Shown here in pieces: positions 9,695 to 18,368 of a stretch of DNA of 64,000 bases. The stretch comes from an uncultured bacterium. GTDB lineage: Bacteria > Patescibacteriota > Minisyncoccia > Phycocordibacterales > PALSA-1337. Position 1 is the first letter of the stretch, and every line of letters starts with the position of its first letter. The notes beneath the pieces are model-generated. The model was not told the DNA's origin. It saw only the letters and a list, made by a program, of their open reading frames with translations, and did not search any database. Both the position numbers and the translations under genes were made by a program. Where the stretch lies: positions 3,558-67,557 of the forward strand of contig CAIMDG010000001.1 of NCBI GenBank assembly GCA_903839725.1, in the 5' to 3' direction.

Positions 9695-9874
9695 TTCATT
9701 TGGCTTGAAAAGATTCACAACCCCTTGCTGGCAACAGCAAGGTGTTTTTTATAGTATGTTGACACGTAATCTGAAGCAGGGTAAGAGTGTAGATAGATTG
9801 ACAATTAGTATATGTTGTGATAGGGTATCAACCTACATAGCCTAAACAGGTTTTATAATAATTAATACAAATTT

Positions 9875-10711
9875 ATGAATATTTCATCAAAGATAATCAA
9901 AATCTCAGTTCTCGGTATAGCTTTTGCCGCATGTGCGCCAATGGTTTTTGCTCAGTCATCTGATTTTGTCCCTTCATTGGGTCCAGCTAACAATTCTGAA
10001 GCAGGTGCAACATTGGTCCCCACAAATCCTGGCTCAAATGATGCTGAAGGAGGTGTGACTTTGGTCCCAACTACTGGTGGCCAGAATGGTACCGAAATCC
10101 CCGTTACTGCTCCAGTAGTAGATGTTCCAGTCGTTACAACTTCTAGTGGAGGCGGTAGTTATACTGGAGGAGGCTCGTTTGCTCCTAGTGCTCCTATTAT
10201 TCCTGCAGGTACTTCATGTCCTTTGATTACTTCATTCATGTCACTCGGTGCAACTAATAATGGTGCTGAAGTTGCAAAGCTTCAAGCATTCTTGAATAGT
10301 TCTGAAAATCTCAATGTTGATGTAAATGGTATTTTTGATCAAAAGACTTCAGATGCTATTAGTTCATTCCAGCTCAAATATCGTGCAGATATACTCGGTC
10401 CATGGGGAGCAGCAGTTCCTTCAGGTCGCGTCTATATCACTACACTAAAGAAGATTAATGAACTCGCATGTCAGTCACCACTCACATTGTCAGCTGATGA
10501 ACTTGCTATCATCAATACATTCAAGAATCGTTCTACAACAGGAACATCTACTTCAATCATTGGTGAAAACGGAGGCACAACAAATGCATCTAGTTCAGCT
10601 TCAACTTCTCAGGAATTCGGTTCTAATGGAACAGGAAATTCAAACACAGCAGCAGCTGCTAATACATCAGTATTCGGTCGCTTCTGGAACTTCGTGAAGA
10701 ATCTCTTCTAA
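9875..10711 (+). CDS. Secreted protein with a peptidoglycan-binding domain
   Basis: Signal peptide, low-complexity linker, then LGATNNGAEVAKLQAFLN...GIFDQKT.DAI..FQ.KY (PG_binding_1-like). Confidence 0.85.
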   Translation: MNISSKIIKISVLGIAFAACAPMVFAQSSDFVPSLGPANNSEAGATLVPTNPGSNDAEGGVTLVPTTGGQNGTEIPVTAPVVDVPVVTTSSGGGSYTGGGSFAPSAPIIPAGTSCPLITSFMSLGATNNGAEVAKLQAFLNSSENLNVDVNGIFDQKTSDAISSFQLKYRADILGPWGAAVPSGRVYITTLKKINELACQSPLTLSADELAIINTFKNRSTTGTSTSIIGENGGTTNASSSASTSQEFGSNGTGNSNTAAAANTSVFGRFWNFVKNLF

Positions 10712-10721
10712 TATATAGCCT

Positions 10722-10754
10722 GAAAAATCCCGCATACAATATGCGGGATTTTTC
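10722..10754. terminator. Intrinsic terminator
   Basis: gaaaaatcccgcata-caa-tatgcgggatttttc. Confidence 0.75.
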
Positions 10755-10777
10755 TATGCATTCGTTAAATTAAGAAA

Positions 10778-10873
10778 CACCCTTCACGGCACAACTTTCT
10801 TCCGTCGCCTGCGGGCGCTAATCGCTGGCTACCCATCCTCGGCGCACTACAGAAAGTTGTGCCGTGAAGGGTG
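10778..10873. repeat. Inverted-repeat element family 2, copy 1 (23-bp perfect arms, 50-nt GC-rich core)
   Basis: cacccttcacggcacaactttct / agaaagttgtgccgtgaagggtg. The core is homologous to the reverse complement of 20511-20584. Confidence 0.9.
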
Positions 10874-10883
10874 CAAACTCAAT

Positions 10884-12176
10884 TTATATACCTAACTTTT
10901 TGGTACCGTCAGCCTTCAAGGGTTTCGTATGTGTTTGAGTATCTAGTGCACCAGCAAGAGCAATCATAAGAGCATTGTCACCAGAAATATGTTGATTGGG
11001 CATGTATAGAGGAATACTGTATTCATCCGCTATCACCTGGAATCGTTTTCGAAGAAGATGGTTCGCGCTAACACCACCACCGATGATGATTGTCTGGGCA
11101 CCTGTCTGCTCTATGGCTGCACGAAGCTTCGTTTCGAGGGTTTCTGCGACTGCTTGCTCAAACTCGTAAGCCAGGCCTTTTTTGAAGGTTTCTGAAAGGG
11201 GTCCTGTTGCATTTGATGCTTCACGGACCGCATAGAGTACTGCTGTTTTGAGTCCTGAGAATGAAAAATCAAGGTCCTTACTATTGATCATTGGTCGAGG
11301 TAGTTTGACAGGTGAAGGGATCTTTTGTTCCCAGGCTTCATGGGAGTATTTTGATATATGAGGTCCGCCAGGATATGGTAGTCCAAGAAGTCGTGCAGCT
11401 TTATCGAACGCTTCTCCAACAGCATCGTCCTTTGTTTGGCCGATAATTGAATAGTGCATGCCTGATTCAACATTGACCAATTCAGTATGACCGCCGCTGA
11501 TGAGAAGAGCGATTGCAGGGAATGCGAGAGGTTTGAGTTTTTGCCATGTGCCGTAGGGAACATCAGTTTGAAGTAGTGAACCAACGACGTGTCCTTCCAT
11601 GTGATTGACGGGAATGAGAGGAACATTCCACAGGTCGGCAAGAATTCGTGCGAAGCTGATACCGACCCAAAGTGCAGGTTCAAGGCCTGGACCTTCGGTG
11701 ATTGCGATTGCATCTATGGGAAGTTTTTCTTTCAAAAAGTCAGCGTGTGATATTGATTCAATGAGGTCAGGATTGGAAACTTGCAGAGTTGGGCGGAATG
11801 AGTCGATGATTGTATTGAAATGTGTATCAGTATCGACGTCACCCGAGACAGAAATATCTTCTGAGCGGATTCGCGCACGCTCCGCTACAATCCGCTCAGA
11901 AGAATTTCCATCCCGGGTAACGTCTCGCTGAGAACCGATTTCCCTTAATGTATCTTTTGAATCAATGATAAGCTTGTGGAGTAAAGGTACAATATTTTTA
12001 CCATGTTCACGTTTTGCGAGAGTAGGAAAGACTCCACCATATGCACTATGAAGATCTGCCTGAGAATGTACTAACGATGAAATAACTCGGCACTCGAGTT
12101 GAGTACCAGTTCCACGTGTTTCTATAAATGCGAGTGCTGTATCGTCACAGCTTGTTTCGATGCCGAGAATTATCAT
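10884..12176 (-). CDS. tsaD: tRNA N6-adenosine threonylcarbamoyltransferase TsaD, with an internal insertion
   Basis: MIILGIETSCDDT, YGGVFP.LA.REH, GPGL, VNHMEGH, SGGHT, DDAVGEAFDK, FSFSGLKTA and DNALMIA motifs. Start set at ATG 12176 because the longer ORF overlaps tRNA-Val. Confidence 0.95.
   Translation of the reverse strand: MIILGIETSCDDTALAFIETRGTGTQLECRVISSLVHSQADLHSAYGGVFPTLAKREHGKNIVPLLHKLIIDSKDTLREIGSQRDVTRDGNSSERIVAERARIRSEDISVSGDVDTDTHFNTIIDSFRPTLQVSNPDLIESISHADFLKEKLPIDAIAITEGPGLEPALWVGISFARILADLWNVPLIPVNHMEGHVVGSLLQTDVPYGTWQKLKPLAFPAIALLISGGHTELVNVESGMHYSIIGQTKDDAVGEAFDKAARLLGLPYPGGPHISKYSHEAWEQKIPSPVKLPRPMINSKDLDFSFSGLKTAVLYAVREASNATGPLSETFKKGLAYEFEQAVAETLETKLRAAIEQTGAQTIIIGGGVSANHLLRKRFQVIADEYSIPLYMPNQHISGDNALMIALAGALDTQTHTKPLKADGTKKLGI
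11835..11924. repeat. 90-bp imperfect palindromic element inside tsaD
   Basis: Perfect core tcttctgagcggatt (11857-11871) / aatccgctcagaaga (11889-11903) with imperfect outer arms. Confidence 0.85.
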
Positions 12177-12181
12177 GTAAG

Positions 12182-12257
12182 TGGTGCGCGATACAGGATT
12201 CGAACCTGTGACCCTTCCCACGTCAAGGGAATGCTCTACCAACTGAGCTAACCGCGC
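12182..12257 (-). tRNA. tRNA-Val(GAC)
   Basis: gcgcggttagctcagttggtagagc-ttccc-ttGACgt-gggaa...ggttcgaatcc...cgcgcacca cloverleaf with encoded CCA. Confidence 0.96.
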
Positions 12258-12448
12258 GATTTTCCTTTCCCAAGGAAAATCGGATCGAGTAATTCCTGTT
12301 GCGTAAGCAACGGGAATTACGAGACCAGAATTTCCTCTTCCAACTTTGACACTATATCTACGTAAATTACTCTATCAAAAAACTCTTAAAAAATCTATCA
12401 TCTCATGCTAAGATACGTTTACTAATAGTAAGTGTAAATATACTCAAA

Positions 12449-12868
12449 ATGAAAGCATTACATGGGTTCAAAGAGTTTGTATTGCGTGGCAATGTGATTG
12501 ATCTTGCGGTTGGTGTTGTTATCGGTGCCTCATTCAGCGGCCTTGTGACTGCTCTGGTAAAAGATATCATAATGCCTATCGTTGGAGCCTTCGGCAAAGT
12601 ACCCAATTTTTCAAGTCTGTCTTTCGCTATCAATGGTAGTAGATTCATGTATGGAGATTTCTTGAATGTCCTTATTTCATTTCTCTTGGTTGCGGTTGCT
12701 GTGTATTTCTTTGTGGTATTGCCAGTCAATGCGCTTGTTGCTCGTACAAGAAAAGACCCATCTCCGGTGGATTTGAACACAAAAAAATGTTCAGAGTGTC
12801 TAAGTGACATTCCTCTTCATGCAACTCGCTGCGCACACTGCACAACGAAAATATCAAAAACTGCCTAG
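12449..12868 (+). CDS. mscL: Large-conductance mechanosensitive channel
   Basis: FKEFVLRGNVIDLAVGVVIG motif; C-terminal CxxC...CxxC. Confidence 0.95.
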   Translation: MKALHGFKEFVLRGNVIDLAVGVVIGASFSGLVTALVKDIIMPIVGAFGKVPNFSSLSFAINGSRFMYGDFLNVLISFLLVAVAVYFFVVLPVNALVARTRKDPSPVDLNTKKCSECLSDIPLHATRCAHCTTKISKTA

Positions 12869-13869
12869 TACTCAGTAGCACCTGTGACAGTAACTCCTGT
12901 ACGAGTCAGTAATGTCTCGTATAAAGTTGTATGCATAATTTTAATATGAGTAGCATCCTTCACAATTTGAAGTTTGATTACATTTCCTTTCATAACGTCA
13001 GCTGAAAAATATTGGTCAAAGAGAAGATTACCAAGAGAATAATATACTGGCACATCTTCAATCATCTCATATTCTTGAATAACGTGCGGATGAGAACCGA
13101 TAATTGCACCAGCACCTGCAGTTATCAATTCACGGGCTTGTTTTTGTTGTAGGACTGATGAAGTAGTTGCATATTCGGTACCCCAGTGAGGCATAACAAT
13201 AACAAAATATCCCTGGTGTGACAGTCGTTCTACGTCACTCAGAATACGACTAAACCCCGGTTGAAATTGGTGGTAGCCAACAAAAGCAACAGGTATTCCA
13301 TGTTTAGTCACGGTTGCTTCTGTACTTGAGGCATTCCATGGATTACCAAAATATCCAACACCTGCACGAGTGAGTACATCTTGGGTCTCATTGAATCCTT
13401 CTATGCCAAAATTGTCAGTATGATTGTTGGCGAGACTAACAAATGAGATACCAATTCTCGCGAGCAATTCTCCAGTACTTGTTGCAAATGTGAAAGCAAA
13501 ACTTTTTGATGTTGATCCGTTGGCTAAAAGTGTTTTTGAAGAGCTTGAAGTGATGGGACCTTCGAGATTGGCAACGATAATATCAGATTGCTTGAATAGG
13601 GGAATCAGATCAGTGAATAATGAATCATAGCCGTGTTTGTCACCTTGTCTACGTATTGAACGGTCGAGCATGATATCTCCACCGATCAGTATTGTGAGTT
13701 CTGATGATGTTGCTTGAATGTGTGAGGGTATCTTATTGGTATGCTCAGTTTGAATCGCTGTATAGTGTATTCGAGAAGGTGAGTTAGTCACTACTACAAG
13801 GAGTGCAAGAAAAAGAGTGATGCCGATGAGTATCCAGAAAATAGTGAGTGTGTGTTTCTTGAGCGACAT
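12865..13869 (-). CDS. CapA/PGA_cap-family metallophosphoesterase-like protein
   Basis: GDIMLDR, ANLEGPI, SLANNH, PHWGTEY, GSHPHV and YSLGN motifs. Confidence 0.92.
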   Translation of the reverse strand: MSLKKHTLTIFWILIGITLFLALLVVVTNSPSRIHYTAIQTEHTNKIPSHIQATSSELTILIGGDIMLDRSIRRQGDKHGYDSLFTDLIPLFKQSDIIVANLEGPITSSSSKTLLANGSTSKSFAFTFATSTGELLARIGISFVSLANNHTDNFGIEGFNETQDVLTRAGVGYFGNPWNASSTEATVTKHGIPVAFVGYHQFQPGFSRILSDVERLSHQGYFVIVMPHWGTEYATTSSVLQQKQARELITAGAGAIIGSHPHVIQEYEMIEDVPVYYSLGNLLFDQYFSADVMKGNVIKLQIVKDATHIKIMHTTLYETLLTRTGVTVTGATEY

Positions 13870-14086
13870 AGGTTAATTGTCGCTTATTGGGAGATGGAAG
13901 ACAAATTATCTAATACTCGGTGGTTTTTATGTGCCTGTTTCTGTGATCAATTGAAATAGTATTGTAAGAAAGTGGTATTGACATATTCAAATATAAAATG
14001 TAGTATTTTTTTAGATTCGGACGTTGAAAACACGCAAATGCCTTCCGAATGTCAGGTATATTGAAGTCCTACAACTCATTGCTTAT

Positions 14087-15010
14087 ATGAATACTACTAT
14101 TGCAGATACGGATTCAGCTGTGCAACGTGCAGCTAAAACCGCCGTTCCTGTTGCGCCTGATGCTTTGGCTCAGGTATTTCGGACCGCTGAAAGCGCCCGA
14201 ACCGAGCTCAGCAACCTTTTGCCGCTTGAACAAGGGCAGAAGGAAAAGCTCAACACGGTCGCCCATACCAATACCCACAAAGTGGCGGTGCTCGCAGCGA
14301 TGCAGGCGACTGGCGAAAAATACCTTGAGTTCCCGATGGAACCGATGACGTGGCGTGATGATAAGAAGCTGCCCGAACTCGTGCCGTTCAGTCTGACGCA
14401 AAATTCGGTCATATTTCATAGCTCTGGATTTTCTGAACAGAGTGTTCCGACCTCGGTTCGCGGCCTTTACAAGGACGTGAATCAAACTTTGGCCGGCGCA
14501 CTTGCCACGAAGAATGCAGCTACCAATGCTGCACAAAACAAAATGTGGCTTAAGTGGTGGTTGATGTGTCTGCCGGTCATTGCCCTAATCATGTGCTTGA
14601 TACCTGGGTCCTTCCTCGGTATTGCTGGCAAGATTATTTGGGGCATAATCGCAACAGTTGCTGCATGCGGTGTCACAAACTGGATCACGCAGGTTGTTTG
14701 CGAGAAAAGATACGGGAAGCTCGTCGAGGCCTATCAAGTCAGGGCTAGTTTCGATGGTCTCATTCCCGAAACGATTCGGCAGAAGATTCGTCGCGCAGCA
14801 TCCCTCGGCATCTTCACGGAAATATTCGTTCTTGCGGAAGTTCCGGGCCTTAAAATTGAAGAAGGTCAAGCGCCTCGTCTGGCTCGTGTCGGCGACCCGC
14901 TCGTGATCGGATATGATGGTTCGGGATTCTGGCTTATTGCGGCGTTTGATACATCGCCAGCGGAAGCTATTGCAATGTCAATGACTTTATCTCCTGGCGG
15001 TCAGCGGTAA
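14087..15010 (+). CDS. Hypothetical membrane protein (two TM segments)
   Basis: Long GC-rich ORF; first ATG at 14087; hairpin terminator after the stop. Confidence 0.75.
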   Translation: MNTTIADTDSAVQRAAKTAVPVAPDALAQVFRTAESARTELSNLLPLEQGQKEKLNTVAHTNTHKVAVLAAMQATGEKYLEFPMEPMTWRDDKKLPELVPFSLTQNSVIFHSSGFSEQSVPTSVRGLYKDVNQTLAGALATKNAATNAAQNKMWLKWWLMCLPVIALIMCLIPGSFLGIAGKIIWGIIATVAACGVTNWITQVVCEKRYGKLVEAYQVRASFDGLIPETIRQKIRRAASLGIFTEIFVLAEVPGLKIEEGQAPRLARVGDPLVIGYDGSGFWLIAAFDTSPAEAIAMSMTLSPGGQR

Positions 15011-15077
15011 AGTGTCTCAGTGTTCTAAGCGGCGAAGTAAACCTTCGCCGCTTTTTTGATAGAGGAATAATAAGATG

Positions 15078-15206
15078 TGGTAGCCCTACGGGGAATCTCG
15101 CCTTACAGGCGCAGTACAGTCTTCGCGTGGTACTCGCTTCGCTCCGTTCCACATGCTCAGACTTTTCGATTCCCCGCCGCAAGTCGCGCAGGCGACTTGC
15201 TTAGGG
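15078..15206. repeat. Structured element containing a duplicate of the tRNA-Glu 3' end
   Basis: 15078-15097 is identical to 15234-15253 (tggtagccctacggggaatc), followed by nested stems. Confidence 0.85.
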
Positions 15207-15233
15207 ACAAGGTTTAGTTTGTTTAACAAGATA

Positions 15234-15308
15234 TGGTAGCCCTACGGGGAATCGAACCCCGATTACCGCCTTGAAAAGGCGATGTCCTAACCGTTAGACG
15301 ATAGGGCC
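15234..15308 (-). tRNA. tRNA-Glu(TTC)
   Basis: ggccctatcgtctaacggttaggaca-tcgcc-ttTTCaa-ggcgg...ggttcgattcc...gctacca. Confidence 0.96.
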
Positions 15309-15422
15309 CTGCTACGCTGAGGTTTTGTAGGGTAAACTCTATAAAACTCATGCAGTAAAGATATACTAGCATTTTTTGTAAAAATGGCAAAAAATGGTAA
15401 GGTTTATGGATTCAACTAATAG

Positions 15423-15509
15423 GGAAAGGTGGCTGAGTGGTTGAAGGCACCGCTCTCGAAAAGCGGCAGGGGCGCAAGCTCCTCGGGAGTTCAAATCTCC
15501 CCCTTTCCG
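15423..15509 (+). tRNA. tRNA-Ser(CGA)
   Basis: ggaaaggtggctgagtggttgaaggca-ccgct-ctCGAaa-agcgg, long variable arm, gttcaaatc; CCA not encoded. Confidence 0.95.
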
Positions 15510-15703
15510 CAAAACAATGAGTGAGCATCGCAAACGAATATGTTTTGCGAGAAACTAACAAAGCACCTGCGTGCTTGGGGTATTCACCATATAGTAACTA
15601 TAACTGTCCGTGTCATATATATACTGCTCAGACGGCATACATGTACCTGGGAAGGTTATTGTGACAGGTCGAATATCTACACTATTACTAATTATATAAT
15701 TCT

Positions 15704-16093
15704 ATGAATACATTAAATAAATATTCCAAAGTTTCAGCGATCATTGTCGGGGCAGGTGTTATGCTTGCACTTACTCTAACTTTTATTATTTCTACTCCTC
15801 AAGCTCAAGCCGCTCAATATCCAAATATTATTTTAGGCCAAGATATGGCAGTTGGATCTACCGGTCAGGGAGTCGTTGTTCTCCAAAGTCTTCTCTCGGA
15901 GACAGGTTATCTCATTATTCCAGCTGGAGTTCCATTCGGATACTATGGCTCTCTTACCATGGAAGCAGTAGCTCGATATCAAAATTCTCTCAATATCGTT
16001 CCTTCAAACGGATATTTTGGGGCAATAACCAAGTCAGCAATGTATAGTCACTTTGCAGTACATGGTTGGTTGGATCTGTTGGGTTGGAGATAG
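15704..16093 (+). CDS. Small secreted peptidoglycan-binding-domain protein
   Basis: Signal peptide, then GSTGQGVVVLQSLL...GYYGSLT.EAVARYQ...GYFGAIT. Confidence 0.85.
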   Translation: MNTLNKYSKVSAIIVGAGVMLALTLTFIISTPQAQAAQYPNIILGQDMAVGSTGQGVVVLQSLLSETGYLIIPAGVPFGYYGSLTMEAVARYQNSLNIVPSNGYFGAITKSAMYSHFAVHGWLDLLGWR

Positions 16094-16229
16094 TTCGTGG
16101 GTATAGTTTGTGGCATTATAGTCAAAAATACTTTGCAGTAGATACTGTAAAGTATTTTTATATATATTATGTTTTGCTATACTACCTCCACGAAATACAC
16201 GCATTCATGCCTGCCACGTATGAATAAGA

Positions 16230-16772
16230 ATGAAAACAAAATATATAGTTTCGATATGTGCGAGTATATTACTCCTTGTAAGTGTCTGGTACATCGTCCG
16301 TGCTTCTTCAGAAATCTCTATTGATCAGAATGTATATTATCCTGTCACCTACGTGGTCGACGGCGATACATTCAAGGTCTTAATAGGTGGAAAAGGTATA
16401 ACTGTTCGTATGTTGGGTATCAATACACCTGAAACAGTTGATCCAAGAAAGGCTCCTGAATGCTTTGGTCATGAAGCTTCAGATGAAACAAAAAGGTTGC
16501 TAGGAGGTAGGAAGGTGCAATTACATTTCAATCCACATAGGGAACTCAAAGATAAGTATGGTCGCTATCTTGCATACGCTTACCGTGATGATGGTTTATT
16601 CGTGAATGAGGAATTACTTAAGCAAGGTTTTGCTCGAGAATATACATTTGGTACTGCGTATTCATTTCAGCGGGAATTTCGAAATATCGAAGTTGTAGCG
16701 CAGAAAGAAAATAGGGGATTATGGGGTATGTGTGGAGATACAGCTAAAAGATTGGAGAAATCACATGATTGA
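16230..16772 (+). CDS. Thermonuclease (staphylococcal nuclease family), membrane-anchored
   Basis: VVDGDT, VRMLGINTPE, DKYGRYLAY, VNEELLKQGFA and A...RGLW motifs. Confidence 0.95.
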   Translation: MKTKYIVSICASILLLVSVWYIVRASSEISIDQNVYYPVTYVVDGDTFKVLIGGKGITVRMLGINTPETVDPRKAPECFGHEASDETKRLLGGRKVQLHFNPHRELKDKYGRYLAYAYRDDGLFVNEELLKQGFAREYTFGTAYSFQREFRNIEVVAQKENRGLWGMCGDTAKRLEKSHD

Positions 16773-17151
16773 TAAGAATTTTGATGTATGGAATGATCTT
16801 AAAAAGACTTTACATACATCAGTTAAAAATCATAAATCATTTCACGAAGGTGATATTTGGTGGTGCTCGGTCGGATTAAATGTCGGTTCTGAGCAGGACG
16901 GTAAGAATAATTTGTTTGAACGGCCTGTTATTGTGATTAAAAAAATAAATAATGATCTTGCTATCATTCTTCCTCTCACTTCAATTGTGAAGCGTCCTTC
17001 TTATTATGTTCATTTGGAACATGGCTACGTGATGTTATCACAAGTTCGCTTGATTAGTGCCAAAAGATTCCAACGTTTTATCACGTCAGTATCAAGCAAT
17101 GATTTACTTGATATTAAGAAGAAATTTATTAATATAGTCTTCGATATATAA
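16765..17151 (+). CDS. PemK/MazF-like endoribonuclease (no protein antitoxin nearby)
   Basis: EGDIWWCSVGLNVGSEQDGK...RPVIVIK...LPLTS...LSQVRLISAKR; ATG at 16765 overlaps the end of the upstream gene. Confidence 0.88.
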   Translation: MIDKNFDVWNDLKKTLHTSVKNHKSFHEGDIWWCSVGLNVGSEQDGKNNLFERPVIVIKKINNDLAIILPLTSIVKRPSYYVHLEHGYVMLSQVRLISAKRFQRFITSVSSNDLLDIKKKFINIVFDI

Positions 17152-17153
17152 AT

Positions 17154-17264
17154 TTCAAAGCCCCATCTTCATGGGGCTTCGCGGCTTCCCTTTATCCAGT
17201 GGAATAATCCAAAGAAGGGTACCTCGGAGGTTACATGCAGTCTTTTCATCCCGTAACCCTTTGT
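17154..17264 (-). ncRNA. Candidate ~110-nt structured small RNA convergent with the MazF-like gene
   Basis: Preceded by TTGACA-16-TAAACT; 5' stem ggttac/gtaacc; ends in the terminator aagccccat-gaag-atggggcttt. Predicted only. Confidence 0.5.
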
Positions 17265-17270
17265 GTTAAA

Positions 17271-17298
17271 AGTTTAACAAAAATGAGTTGTTTGTCAA
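17271..17298 (-). promoter_or_regulatory. Sigma70-type promoter
   Basis: Minus strand ttgaca aacaactcatttttgt taaact. Confidence 0.55.
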
Positions 17299-17301
17299 TT
17301 C

Positions 17302-18228
17302 TTAGTGAGAATGAAGATATGAATAAATATCCTCTAATGCCTTTACTGCATCTCCTACAGCAATATTGTTTTGATGATAGAGACCGTCCGTAACGTCGCC
17401 CGCTGCCCAAATTCCAGTAACAGATGTACGTTGATTGCGAGCGTCGACGACGACGTGGTTGTGTTTGTCTAATGTAACTGTATCTTTTGCAAAATCAGTA
17501 TTGGGAATCGAACCAATTTCGACGAATATACCAGTGACAGGGATTTCAATATCTTTGCTAGATTTTGTATCAGTATATATAAGTGAGTTAACAAATTTGT
17601 CCCCCTTAACCTCCTTGGGTACTGCAAAACTAATTGCTTTCATCTTTGGGTTTGAGAGTACTTTCTCAACAGTACCTGGATCAGCCTTGAATTCGCTACG
17701 TGCCAATAAAGTTACACTCTTACAATATGCGAGTAATTGAGCTGCACTCTCGAAGCCAGCATTTCCTGCACCAACAACAACGACATCTTGGTCTGCATAG
17801 AGTGGTCCATCGCAAGTTGCGCAGTAGGTGAGTCCTTTGTGTTCAAATGTATCAGCACCTTTCACTTCAAGTTTGCGGCGACTACTTCCTGAGACAATAA
17901 GAACAGTTTTCGCAGCATAGACTCCTTTGTTTGTGGTTACATCAAATGCGCTAGAATTTTTGGTGATGTTTTTTGCATATTCTCCATCTTTGAAATCCAT
18001 AATATCTTTACCATATGCTTTGGCATGCTTTTCAAGACTCTGTGACAATTCAAGGCCAGAGATTGCGACTGTACCAACCCAGTTTTCAATCTTCTCTGAG
18101 ACATTACTTTGGCCGAGCCAATCCTTTGTAATGAGGATAGTCTTGAGGCGCTTGCGAGCGGCATATACTGCTGCAGCTGCTCCTGCTGGTCCACCACCGA
18201 TAATTGCGAGGTCATATGTAGTATTCAT
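17302..18228 (-). CDS. trxB: Thioredoxin reductase
   Basis: IIGGGPAG, YCATCDG, VVGAGNAG and WAAGDVT motifs. Confidence 0.93.
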   Translation of the reverse strand: MNTTYDLAIIGGGPAGAAAAVYAARKRLKTILITKDWLGQSNVSEKIENWVGTVAISGLELSQSLEKHAKAYGKDIMDFKDGEYAKNITKNSSAFDVTTNKGVYAAKTVLIVSGSSRRKLEVKGADTFEHKGLTYCATCDGPLYADQDVVVVGAGNAGFESAAQLLAYCKSVTLLARSEFKADPGTVEKVLSNPKMKAISFAVPKEVKGDKFVNSLIYTDTKSSKDIEIPVTGIFVEIGSIPNTDFAKDTVTLDKHNHVVVDARNQRTSVTGIWAAGDVTDGLYHQNNIAVGDAVKALEDIYSYLHSH

Positions 18229-18368
18229 GGGAATATTGTAACAAAAGGGTATTCATTAAGCCATTTTGAAGAGATTGACACTAATCAATAAAATGTGCTA
18301 TAATAGTACCTACGATACACGTGTATCGTGTTCTTTTAAACAAATAAACCATCAACCAAGGAGGTCGT

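Noticed and set aside
12177-12242. N-terminal extension of TsaD in the ORF track
   Set aside because: It overlaps tRNA-Val; the conserved start MIILGIETSCD is at 12176.
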